Source: Chryseobacterium sp. FH1
Lineage (GTDB): Bacteria > Bacteroidota > Bacteroidia > Flavobacteriales > Weeksellaceae
DNA length: 64,000 nucleotides
Direction of reading: 5' to 3'
Assembly (NCBI RefSeq): GCF_000735135.1
Contig: NZ_JPLZ01000002.1
Span: 224,317-288,316, forward strand
Position numbers and translations under genes: made by a program. Positions 21,932-30,943 of the stretch are shown here, piece by piece. Positions within the stretch are counted from its first letter, which is position 1. Each line of letters starts with the position of its first letter. Below the pieces are notes generated by a model. That model saw nothing but the letters and a program-made list of their open reading frames with translations, did no database searches and was not told the origin of the DNA.

Positions 21932-22595
21932 AATCATTTTGGTAGAAGACGATGCAGACTTGGGAATGGTTTTGAAACAGTATCTGGAATTCTCAGATTT
22001 CGAGGTCAATTGGATTCCTAATCCCGAACTTATCATTGATAATAAAGAAATCATCCAAGATTATCAATTGGCGATTTTGGACGTGATGCTTCCTTTTATG
22101 GACGGTTTCGAACTGTCAAAAGAAATCAGAAAAACCTCTGATATACCATTCCTGTTTCTAACCGCAAAAGGTCAAAGTATTGATAAAATCTTAGGTTTAA
22201 AACTCGGCGCCGACGATTATATCACAAAACCCTGCGAACCGGAAGAACTGATTCTGCGCATCAAAAACATTCTGAAAAGACAGCGAAATTCAACAAATGA
22301 AATTATTAAAATTGGGCATTATTCCTTCATTCCGTTGCAATTCCAATTAAGATTTGAAACCGAAATTTTTCAATTGACAGAGAAAGAATCGGAGCTTTTG
22401 CTTTTACTTTCAAAGAACAATCACAAAATAATCAACCGAAAAGAAATCCTAGAAAATCTCTGGGGCGAAAATGATTATTTTCTCGGCAGAAGTCTGGATG
22501 TTTTTATGACCAGACTTCGGAAATATCTTCAAAAAGATGAAAGGATCAAGTTCGAATCCGTGCGTGGAATCGGCTTCAAAGTAGAATTTCCTTGA
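21921..22595 (+). CDS. OmpR-family response regulator transcription factor
   Basis: 224 aa; receiver domain (ILVEDD...LDVMLP) and winged-helix C-terminus; overlaps the HK stop by 11 nt, suggesting translational coupling. Confidence 0.85.
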   Translation: MKTKIILVEDDADLGMVLKQYLEFSDFEVNWIPNPELIIDNKEIIQDYQLAILDVMLPFMDGFELSKEIRKTSDIPFLFLTAKGQSIDKILGLKLGADDYITKPCEPEELILRIKNILKRQRNSTNEIIKIGHYSFIPLQFQLRFETEIFQLTEKESELLLLLSKNNHKIINRKEILENLWGENDYFLGRSLDVFMTRLRKYLQKDERIKFESVRGIGFKVEFP

Positions 22596-22602
22596 TTATT
22601 AA

Positions 22603-23334
22603 TTAAAATTGATAATACAACATCACCGCCAACATCATCAGAATAAGCATTATAATGTGACTTAAAATTGACCGGATAATGACATTTCCCATTTTCATCT
22701 GGTTGAAAAACTGAATATTGGTCCAAAAATTCAGCCCCAAATCTACCAAATAGATGAACAACATTATGGTTCCGATGCTCATCGAATGTTTTAGCACGAA
22801 GATGAAAGGCAGGAATGCAAGCTGAACTATCAGCCTCTGTCCCGCCTTGAATGTGTTCAGAATCAAATATTCTACGAAATTGTAACCTCTGTTGTAAAAA
22901 CACAAAAATGTCCCTGCCGTGTAAAGTGGAATCGTTGCAAGCGTGAGCCAGCCGTAATGTTCCAACATCCATTCATTTAGCAGAATCGTTTTATCATCGG
23001 ACAAGATCTTATCAGAAGAATTTGCAGATAATTCGAAAAGGTTGATGTGGAACAAATGGCAAAGCAGAATGTAAAATCCAGCCAATATCAAAATGAAGGA
23101 AAGCGGTTGGCTGTGATTCACCCTTTTCCCTTCCAGATACTCGCGGATTGCGTGTCCAGGTCGTATGAACAGTTGTTTACTGGTGTAGAAAAGTCCAGCA
23201 TTCACGTGGAAAAAACTATGCGGAATCTCGTGTTTCAAATAATGAAAATCGATTCTTTCCGTTTCCACTGTTTGTCCGCAATTGTTGCAGAATTTCCCTT
23301 CAAAACGATGTCCGCAGTTTTTACACGTTTGCAT
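22603..23334 (-). CDS. DUF3667-like zinc-ribbon membrane protein
   Basis: N-terminal CKNCGHRFEGKFCNNCGQ double-CxxC ribbon followed by a multi-TM region. Confidence 0.6.
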   Translation of the reverse strand: MQTCKNCGHRFEGKFCNNCGQTVETERIDFHYLKHEIPHSFFHVNAGLFYTSKQLFIRPGHAIREYLEGKRVNHSQPLSFILILAGFYILLCHLFHINLFELSANSSDKILSDDKTILLNEWMLEHYGWLTLATIPLYTAGTFLCFYNRGYNFVEYLILNTFKAGQRLIVQLAFLPFIFVLKHSMSIGTIMLFIYLVDLGLNFWTNIQFFNQMKMGNVIIRSILSHIIMLILMMLAVMLYYQF

Positions 23335-23345
23335 AATTTTCAGTT

Positions 23346-24563
23346 TTAATTTGTTTTCTTATTCTTCTCCTCGATCCAGCGACTCATATATTTCGTCGAA
23401 TTCAGTTGATGATGTTGCAGGATTTTTCCAAGATAATTTTCAGTTCTGTGACTTTCCAAATTTTCCATTAATTCTGAAACTTTATTAATGAAAGAATCGA
23501 CAAATAAATCTTTTCTAAACAAAGAATCCAAAATTCGATAACCATTCTCCTGAGCAGGATTCCAAAGATTTTCATTTTGATAAAGTTCAATTGCTTTCAA
23601 CACAAAAACCTCATCAGAATCTTTAATAAAACCGTTCCAAGGCAAATCTCTATGCATCGCTTCTGCACCTATTGAACTTGTCACATTGGGTAAACCAAAT
23701 TTCATACTTTCCCAAAGTTTACCTTTTAAACCTGCTCCAAAAGGAATAGGCGCAAGAAGAACTTTTACTTGATTAAAAACATCTTCAACAGAATTCGCTC
23801 TTCCTTTCACCAAAAATCCATCTTTCTCATTGTGAAGTTCCAAAACTTTCTGACTGGTGTAAGCACCATAAATATGAAGTTCGGCTTCCGGAAGTTGTTT
23901 CTTGATCGATTTCCAGATCTGTTTCAACTTCAAAACCGTTTGCCAATTCGGTTCGTGCAAGAAGTTTCCGATGCTCACAAAATGTTTTCTGTCTTCAAAA
24001 GGTGTTTTACTTCTCTCAAAATGTTCAGTTAAAAACGGAATATAAAACAACATATTTGGATTGATTTTAAAATCATCAACCAAAAAATCATATTCAAATT
24101 CCGAAATAATCAGCGACAGATCACAACGCAAAATCGACGCAATTTCCCGCACAAAAATATCATTAATGAAATCCTTCTTCTCAACATTTCGTTTTTCAAC
24201 AAAAACCTTTCGCCTTGCTTCTCTCAGAAAATGCAAATCTTCCGTATCAACGATTTTTAAAGCATTCGGACAATTCTCAGAAACACGCCAACCGAACTGT
24301 TCCTCAGTCACATAGCGATCAAAAAGAACAACATCAGGATTCAGATCTCTGATTTTCTCATCAAAACTCTCATTATTGATTTCAATTTTTTGAATCTCAA
24401 TTTTTTCTGAAAATTCGATATTATTTGAAGCGGTCAAAAAAGTGATTTTATAATCTGCTTCAGAAAAAACCTGGATCAACTGCATCATCCGATGACCAGC
24501 TGCAGTAGAAGCTGGCTCAGGAATCACAAGACCAATAATAACGAGATGTTTCATGTGGAACAA
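23346..24563 (-). CDS. Glycosyltransferase (GT-B fold, GT4-like)
   Basis: 405 aa; the family call is tentative, made from overall GT-B-like layout and a C-terminal Gly-rich loop. Confidence 0.5.
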   Translation of the reverse strand: MFHMKHLVIIGLVIPEPASTAAGHRMMQLIQVFSEADYKITFLTASNNIEFSEKIEIQKIEINNESFDEKIRDLNPDVVLFDRYVTEEQFGWRVSENCPNALKIVDTEDLHFLREARRKVFVEKRNVEKKDFINDIFVREIASILRCDLSLIISEFEYDFLVDDFKINPNMLFYIPFLTEHFERSKTPFEDRKHFVSIGNFLHEPNWQTVLKLKQIWKSIKKQLPEAELHIYGAYTSQKVLELHNEKDGFLVKGRANSVEDVFNQVKVLLAPIPFGAGLKGKLWESMKFGLPNVTSSIGAEAMHRDLPWNGFIKDSDEVFVLKAIELYQNENLWNPAQENGYRILDSLFRKDLFVDSFINKVSELMENLESHRTENYLGKILQHHQLNSTKYMSRWIEEKNKKTN

Positions 24564-24590
24564 AAATAGAGATTCTTATTTGAATATTTT

Positions 24591-24805
24591 GGGTAGCTAT
24601 TTCCGTCTTCCACTCCCAAACCTAACGAAGTGATTCATCGATTCAAATAAAAAAATATAAACTCTGAGATAGGTCGGGCTGCAGGATTCGATAAAAAAAC
24701 TTCGGTAAAAAACCCAACTTTGTCATTTCATAGAAAATCTAACGTAGTAGTTCGACTAAGTCAATCTCAGCTATATAGATTCCATAGGATGACAAAAATG
24801 ATCGT
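24591..24805 (+). repeat. Intergenic repeat element, copy 2
   Basis: Blocks CCGTCTTCCACTCCCAAA, GGTCGGGCTGCAGGATTCG and TAGATTCCATAGGATGACAAA are shared with the 62.1-kb copy, and in part with the 15.8-kb copy. Confidence 0.55.
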
Positions 24806-24912
24806 TAGTTTAGTGTTAAAACTGAAAACGGACATTTACACAAGCTATTTTTATATAACTTTTTGAAGCTTTAATTTTAAATTTTCTTTTGTGACTTTTG
24901 TGGTTCAAACTC

Positions 24913-25920
24913 TTACTTTCTCTTCAAAATCTCCCGATTGATTTCACTAATCAACTCCGGACCTTCGTAAATAAACCCTGTGTAAAGCTGAACCAGACTC
25001 GCGCCAGCATCAAGTTTTTCAATCGCATCTTGCGCTGTGTGGATTCCGCCAACGCCGATGATTGGGAATGCTTTTCCACTTTTTTCGGATAAAAATCTAA
25101 TAACTTCTGTCGAACGTTTTGTCAATGGTTTTCCGGAAAGTCCGCCGGTTTCGGTTTTGTTTTCTGAGATTAAATTTTCTCTTGACAAAGTCGTATTCGT
25201 CGCAATCACGCCAGCGATTTGAGTTTCTTTAATGATATCAATAATATCCAAAAGTTGCTCATCTGTCAAATCTGGTGCGATTTTCAGAAGAATTGGCTTT
25301 TGTTTTGGCTTTGCAAGATTGAGGTTTTGAAGCGTTGACAACAATTCTGTCAAAGGTTTTTTGTCCTGAAGTTCGCGGAGATTTGGTGTATTCGGCGAAC
25401 TGACATTCACAACGAAATAATCAACGTACGGAAATAATTTATCGAAACAGATTTTATAATCGTTGACGGCTTCTTCATTTGGCGTCACTTTATTTTTTCC
25501 GATATTTCCGCCGATGAGAACGTTTTTGTTTTTCTTCAATCTTTCGATTGCTTCGTCCACACCGCCATTATTAAAACCCATTCGATTGATGATAGCAGAA
25601 TCTTCCTTCAATCGGAACAATCGTTTTTTATCATTTCCAGCCTGAGCTTTCGGTGTCAAAGTTCCGATTTCTATGAAGCCAAATCCGAGGTCAGAAAGTT
25701 CATTGAAGAGTTTGGCGTCTTTATCAAAACCAGCCGCCAAACCAACCGGATTTTTGAATTTCAATCCGAAAACTTCACGCTCGAGACGTTTGTCAACAAT
25801 TGGTTTTGGTAAAAATAATTTGGCCAGAAAACCGAAATTCTTGAGAGCAGAAAATGTAAAGTGGTGAACTTCTTCTGGGTCGAATTTGAAAAGAAGCGGA
25901 CGAATTAGGCTTTTGTACAT
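24913..25920 (-). CDS. pyrD: Quinone-dependent dihydroorotate dehydrogenase (class 2)
   Basis: 335 aa; N-terminal membrane-association helix, FMN-binding GFDKDA and [11 protein letters not shown] motifs. Confidence 0.9.
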   Translation of the reverse strand: MYKSLIRPLLFKFDPEEVHHFTFSALKNFGFLAKLFLPKPIVDKRLEREVFGLKFKNPVGLAAGFDKDAKLFNELSDLGFGFIEIGTLTPKAQAGNDKKRLFRLKEDSAIINRMGFNNGGVDEAIERLKKNKNVLIGGNIGKNKVTPNEEAVNDYKICFDKLFPYVDYFVVNVSSPNTPNLRELQDKKPLTELLSTLQNLNLAKPKQKPILLKIAPDLTDEQLLDIIDIIKETQIAGVIATNTTLSRENLISENKTETGGLSGKPLTKRSTEVIRFLSEKSGKAFPIIGVGGIHTAQDAIEKLDAGASLVQLYTGFIYEGPELISEINREILKRK

Positions 25921-25990
25921 CGGAGAAAAGTTTTACAAATCTACAAAATCATAAACGAAAAAAGCCCAATCGCGTGATTAGGCTTTGATT

Positions 25991-28900
25991 TTATTTGTTT
26001 TTGATTGCGTTGATAATGCCCTCAAGATTTTCATTGAATTCTAAAAACTGGGCAAATACTTTGTCGTCTTTTCCGAGTCCGCCGTGCTTGTTGTTCTTTT
26101 TGAAAATCTCTTTGATGTCTTCCCAGCGTTGTTTCTCATCATCGGTCATTAATCCCGCTAATTGTTTCAATTTCAATAGATTGCTTTCCGTGTCCGCGGT
26201 CAAAGTCTGTGACTCGTTTTCGTAATGGGAAAGGATGAGCTGGTCTATTTCCTCGTCATTCATCATCGGAACGACTTGCGTAACCAATTTGCTCATATTC
26301 CTGTAAGAACCTTGCATTTTGAAAGGCGGTTCCGTTCTGTAAGAATCCTGCATCGCCGCAGATTGGATGTAGTTCTGATTGACTTTGATGACCACATTTC
26401 TGATTTTCAAAATATGTCTCAAAACTGAATTAAAATCGTCGATTTCCTGCTTCTGATAATTGCCTTCCAAATCCGGAAGTTGTTCTGCTCCAGATTCTAC
26501 AAAGTTGGTCAAGGCGTAAAAATCTTTGAAGGATTTGCTGGCGATTTTTTCCAGATTCGGATTTTCAATCGACGCATTTTCAATCAAACTTAAATTGAAC
26601 AAATGTTCCGTATCACCGATGACATCACCCAAATTGTACACATCTGCACGGTTTGCAAGCATATCCGGAATTTGGAATTTCGAACCGCTTTCTGTGTACG
26701 GATTTCCCGCCATCACGATGCAAAATCGCTTTCCACGCAAATCGTAGGTTTTACTTTCACCTTGGAAAATCCCGTCAATTTTTCTTTGTCCATCGGCCAA
26801 TGAAATGAATTTCTGCAAAAACTCTGTGTTCAAATGCTGAATATCATCCAGATACAACATCACATTATCCGCCATTTCGAAAGCGAGATTGATTTTTTTC
26901 AATTCTTCTCTTTCGCCGGAAGTTTTGGCTTCAATCGAGTCAATGGAAGTGATGGAATGTCCGATGGTTGGACCATTGACTTTCACAAAATGAAGTCCCA
27001 TTGTTTTGGCAAGATATTCCATCAAGGTTGTTTTTCCGTAACCTGGAGGAGAAATCAAGAGCAACATTCCCATTCTCGCCGTACGTTTGTTGTCTCCAGC
27101 TGTGCCCAATTGCTTTGAAAGATTGTTTCCTATCAATGGAAAATAAACCTCGTTGATTAATTTGTTTCGAACGAATGACGTTAAAACTTTTGGCTCGAAC
27201 TCGTTGATTTTAAGTTCCTTTTCGTAATTTTTGCTGAGCTGTTCTTTTAGTTTTAAGAAAGATGCGAAACGAGGAACTTTAACAGTTTCAAAAAAATGTA
27301 ACTTATGAATGAAAGCATAATAGTCAAGTTTTAAATTTCCGTTTTCCAGCGTGGGATGATTCCCTTTCAAGTCTGTGATTTCTGCTTCATCTTTTCCAAA
27401 AATCAGTTGATATTCGTCCTTTGGGAAGAGTAAAGAAGTGGCTGTCTCTTCTGTGTATTTTCGGTAAATTTCCAGATTTTCGTTTTCATCGATGAAGGAA
27501 TTGAGCCAATTCAAAACGAGATAGAAACGGTCTGTCAAAGAAAATTGCTCATTCTCCAAATCATTTCTGAAATCTGTCAAAGCTTTTTTCGATTCCAAAA
27601 GGCGAACAAATTCCTGATTAAAATGGTCGGAAGATTCGCTAATCGCAAACTTTCCGAATTTTGTCAACGTTTCAAAAAGATATTTTGCAACAATTCGCGA
27701 ATCCACGTTCGTCAAATCCAATGTCGTTTGCCAAGCTAAAAACTCAGTCGATACTTCATTAATGACAGATTCGAATCTGGTCGAATTTGGGAAAGTCTTC
27801 AAAACGGCATTTGTGGAATTCATCAACGCTTGCAATTTTGTTCGTCGCTCCTCTGGAAGATGATGCCAAAACAGTTGCGAAGTGGCTCTCAAATGCGAAT
27901 CGTAGCGCAAAAGGTCTAACTTTTCGTCCATCGCTTTCAATGCATTGTAGATTTGCAACGCATCAAAATTGTGAACGCCTTTCACATAATTCTCAGAATA
28001 ATTCTGCTCAATGGTTTGGTTGATGAACTGCTCTGCGTCGAAATCTTTAGAATTCTTGGAAGCCAGAAATGTTTTGTAAGCCAAATATTCGCTTCGATAA
28101 ACTTCTCCATTTTCCGAAATCAGCTCCTGCTCCCAAATATCCTTGAACGCTGTAATCTCATCATTATTGACTTTCTGATAAAAACTGGTTCCCGTCAAAT
28201 GATAAAACAACTCGCCGTTTCGGTTCAGCAAAGTGAGGCTTAATGATTGATTATTGACCGAAAATTTATGTTTTCCGAGTGCAATAATATTTTCGCCGTC
28301 AACGTACAATTCGGTTTTATCTCTCAGAATTCTCAATGCATCTTCCTGAGATTTTTTGATTAAGTTTTCGAGGTTTTCTGCCTTCGAAACATCATCCAAA
28401 GTCTTAAGCTCGGAAACCAACTGACGGATTTTGTCAATCATTAAATCTGAAGCGTAGAAACTCAGGATTTCTTCCCTCGTAGCAAAGGTTTTGGATTTGT
28501 TCTCGATGTTTTTGAGAACGCGAAGTCCAATCTGCTCCAAAGAAGAAGTTCGCTTGTTGACTTGCTCGACGATTTGCTCTCTTCTGGTGTTGAAAGCCTT
28601 GATGACCTCATCTCTTTTATCTGCAATCTTCAGCGCAAAATCATCAAACTCAGAAAACTTGCTTTCCAATTCTTCGAGCTGAACCACAATCTTGGTGTAA
28701 TATTCATCCACTTTTTCTGTAGATGTGGAAAGTTCCATATAATTGGCAACGGATTGTTCCAAAAGCGTCATCTGCGCTGTAAACGAGGCAACGGCTTCGG
28801 TACTTCTCAGCGACGTCAATTTTCTGGAAAGCGATGCCCGAATTTCATTCAACGAAGAAAAAATAACAGCAATCTTCTCAATGATTTTCGTGGTTTGTGT

Positions 28901-30832
28901 GGCGTCCTCGATTTTCAGGCTGTTGAGAATATCAATCAAAAGTTCCAGTTCGCCGGAGATTTCGTCGTTGATGGTTTCTACTTCTTTTGCATCAAAAACT
29001 TTGGTGATTTCCAGAACTTTCTGCTTCTGAAGTTCCACTTTTTGCTCATAAGGTAAAAGCGCTTCCTCTCGCAAAAGAAAGGCGATGGTTTTGTCCGACA
29101 AATCGGTGTTGATTTCGCCTAATTTTTCAAGAAGCGCGTCAACTCCGGAAATATCAATGTAGCGCACATTTTTCAAATCAATCACTTCGCCCTGCAATTT
29201 TCTGGCATCGGCAAGCTGATGAACCATTTGGTCCAAAGTTTCGACCGTGGTGCTATTGATTTTGAAAATTAATTCTTCTAATTTCTTATCGGTAACAGAC
29301 AGAATTTCTTCCGCGTGTTTCCGCTGGGTCTGGACTTTTACAAATTCATCAATCGCTGTGTTGGCAATTTCTTTGATCTGTTTCAAAGGTTCACCTAAAT
29401 TTTTAAGTGAAGCATCTTTGATCCAAAAATAAGAATCCAAAAGCGTGTTCGATCTGCGAAGAATATCCTCGTACAAACCTTCATACGAATCTTCTTTATT
29501 GATCAACTGAATCACCTCCTGCGCTTCCGCCATTGCCTGAACAATCTGCTTGTTCCCCACTTTGTAGAGCGGGTCGTTTTTCTTTTCAAGATTTTCCTTC
29601 AGAACAGCCATATACGGCGTTTCCCAAATCTGAACCTGATGATGTCGCGTTGCTTCGGCCTCGGTTCGGAAATAGATCATATTCCCATCATTGAAAACCG
29701 TAAAACCATTGCAGATAATCGGTGTTTCTACGGATTGCTGAATGATGTTGTACGACATCAGAATGTAGGTATTGCTCTCCGGCTGAGTAAAGATGTAAAG
29801 AAAATCTTCCCCATTTGGCGATGCAATTTTGCGCAGGAACTGGACGTTTTCCAGATGCGCATCGAAAATCTTGTGAACGCCATTTTGCAAATAATAGCCA
29901 TTCGAAAAAATGATGCCTTGATTGTCCGGAAGCAGAATCGCCGATTCCTTCAGCGAAGGTAAATTGATGACTTCCTTTGTTCTGACATTGAAAACGTAAG
30001 TCCGAAAATCCTCCTGATATGGCTTGATTCTAATGGCAATCAGATTTCCGAGGTCTGCGTAATAGTAATCTGCATCGTCCAATTGCTGATCAAGATTGGT
30101 CACTTTTTCAGAGTAGATTCCTTTGCCAGAATCTGTGTTGTCCTCGATTTTAAAAGTGATATCGCCCCCCATCGCTTCGATAAAAACCTTGTCCAGAATA
30201 GAAACGTGCGGGAATTTGCCCAAACGTCTGTCCTCCAACGTCGTTTTTTTCCATTCAAATTCCAGTTGAGCCGGCGGTTTTACCTCGTGGATGCTTCTAT
30301 CGTCCTGATAAATCAGTTTTCCATCTTTGATGAGCCATTTGAATGCTTTTAAGTCATCCGTATTTTTGCTGATCTGGAAAATCATATAGAGATAATTCTC
30401 CGTTCTTCTGAACTTGGAGAAAATAGAATCGCGGTAATATTTGTAAAGATTCTGATAATCATTAATGAAATTGGCATCAGAGATCACATCCAAAGACTGA
30501 GGGATAAATTGCTCTCCATCAAACTGATAGATACTGAAAACATCTTCCAGACGAATCTCTGTCCGAAGTCCAAAATGAACATTGTACCCGAAGATGCAAA
30601 TGCGGTCGATCGCGATAATTCCTCTCGCTACGCAAGTGTTTTCTGTGTCAATTCTTTGGTTGGCCTTTAGAACAAAATTGGTAGAACTAAAGACTTCTTT
30701 TCTTGAAACATTCAGTTCCTGCAAACGTGAGATCAGATCATCTTTCTGCGTCTGCAAACGCTTTCGGATGATTTCGTACGCACCGGAATCCAACTGAATA
30801 TTTTGATTTTTTGTTTCTTCCATTATAAACAA
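25991..30832 (-). CDS. Giant (1613 aa) protein of unknown function with one AAA+ ATPase module of the AAA_5/MoxR-like clade
   Basis: A single uninterrupted ORF; Walker A LLLISPPGYGKTTL near residue 1215, Walker B MLYLDD, sensor-like CIVMAGNPYTESG...IPDMLANRADV; about 1200 aa of unassigned N-terminal sequence rich in predicted helices and coiled coil. Confidence 0.6.
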   Translation of the reverse strand: MFIMEETKNQNIQLDSGAYEIIRKRLQTQKDDLISRLQELNVSRKEVFSSTNFVLKANQRIDTENTCVARGIIAIDRICIFGYNVHFGLRTEIRLEDVFSIYQFDGEQFIPQSLDVISDANFINDYQNLYKYYRDSIFSKFRRTENYLYMIFQISKNTDDLKAFKWLIKDGKLIYQDDRSIHEVKPPAQLEFEWKKTTLEDRRLGKFPHVSILDKVFIEAMGGDITFKIEDNTDSGKGIYSEKVTNLDQQLDDADYYYADLGNLIAIRIKPYQEDFRTYVFNVRTKEVINLPSLKESAILLPDNQGIIFSNGYYLQNGVHKIFDAHLENVQFLRKIASPNGEDFLYIFTQPESNTYILMSYNIIQQSVETPIICNGFTVFNDGNMIYFRTEAEATRHHQVQIWETPYMAVLKENLEKKNDPLYKVGNKQIVQAMAEAQEVIQLINKEDSYEGLYEDILRRSNTLLDSYFWIKDASLKNLGEPLKQIKEIANTAIDEFVKVQTQRKHAEEILSVTDKKLEELIFKINSTTVETLDQMVHQLADARKLQGEVIDLKNVRYIDISGVDALLEKLGEINTDLSDKTIAFLLREEALLPYEQKVELQKQKVLEITKVFDAKEVETINDEISGELELLIDILNSLKIEDATQTTKIIEKIAVIFSSLNEIRASLSRKLTSLRSTEAVASFTAQMTLLEQSVANYMELSTSTEKVDEYYTKIVVQLEELESKFSEFDDFALKIADKRDEVIKAFNTRREQIVEQVNKRTSSLEQIGLRVLKNIENKSKTFATREEILSFYASDLMIDKIRQLVSELKTLDDVSKAENLENLIKKSQEDALRILRDKTELYVDGENIIALGKHKFSVNNQSLSLTLLNRNGELFYHLTGTSFYQKVNNDEITAFKDIWEQELISENGEVYRSEYLAYKTFLASKNSKDFDAEQFINQTIEQNYSENYVKGVHNFDALQIYNALKAMDEKLDLLRYDSHLRATSQLFWHHLPEERRTKLQALMNSTNAVLKTFPNSTRFESVINEVSTEFLAWQTTLDLTNVDSRIVAKYLFETLTKFGKFAISESSDHFNQEFVRLLESKKALTDFRNDLENEQFSLTDRFYLVLNWLNSFIDENENLEIYRKYTEETATSLLFPKDEYQLIFGKDEAEITDLKGNHPTLENGNLKLDYYAFIHKLHFFETVKVPRFASFLKLKEQLSKNYEKELKINEFEPKVLTSFVRNKLINEVYFPLIGNNLSKQLGTAGDNKRTARMGMLLLISPPGYGKTTLMEYLAKTMGLHFVKVNGPTIGHSITSIDSIEAKTSGEREELKKINLAFEMADNVMLYLDDIQHLNTEFLQKFISLADGQRKIDGIFQGESKTYDLRGKRFCIVMAGNPYTESGSKFQIPDMLANRADVYNLGDVIGDTEHLFNLSLIENASIENPNLEKIASKSFKDFYALTNFVESGAEQLPDLEGNYQKQEIDDFNSVLRHILKIRNVVIKVNQNYIQSAAMQDSYRTEPPFKMQGSYRNMSKLVTQVVPMMNDEEIDQLILSHYENESQTLTADTESNLLKLKQLAGLMTDDEKQRWEDIKEIFKKNNKHGGLGKDDKVFAQFLEFNENLEGIINAIKNK

Positions 30833-30943
30833 TTTTGAGAATTGTTCTTTGAATTTTTGTCGAAGTTTAATTTGACAGTCGTGCAGTTTCTGTGCGCTTT
30901 ACCGATTGAAAAGCACACAGATATTTGCACTGGCTTAATATGG

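Noticed and set aside
25995-30797. A series of 60-164-aa plus-strand ORFs antisense to the giant ATPase gene
   Set aside because: All sit inside one continuous 1613-codon minus-strand ORF with a coherent protein sequence. The antisense frames of AT-rich coding DNA routinely stay open for 60-160 codons.
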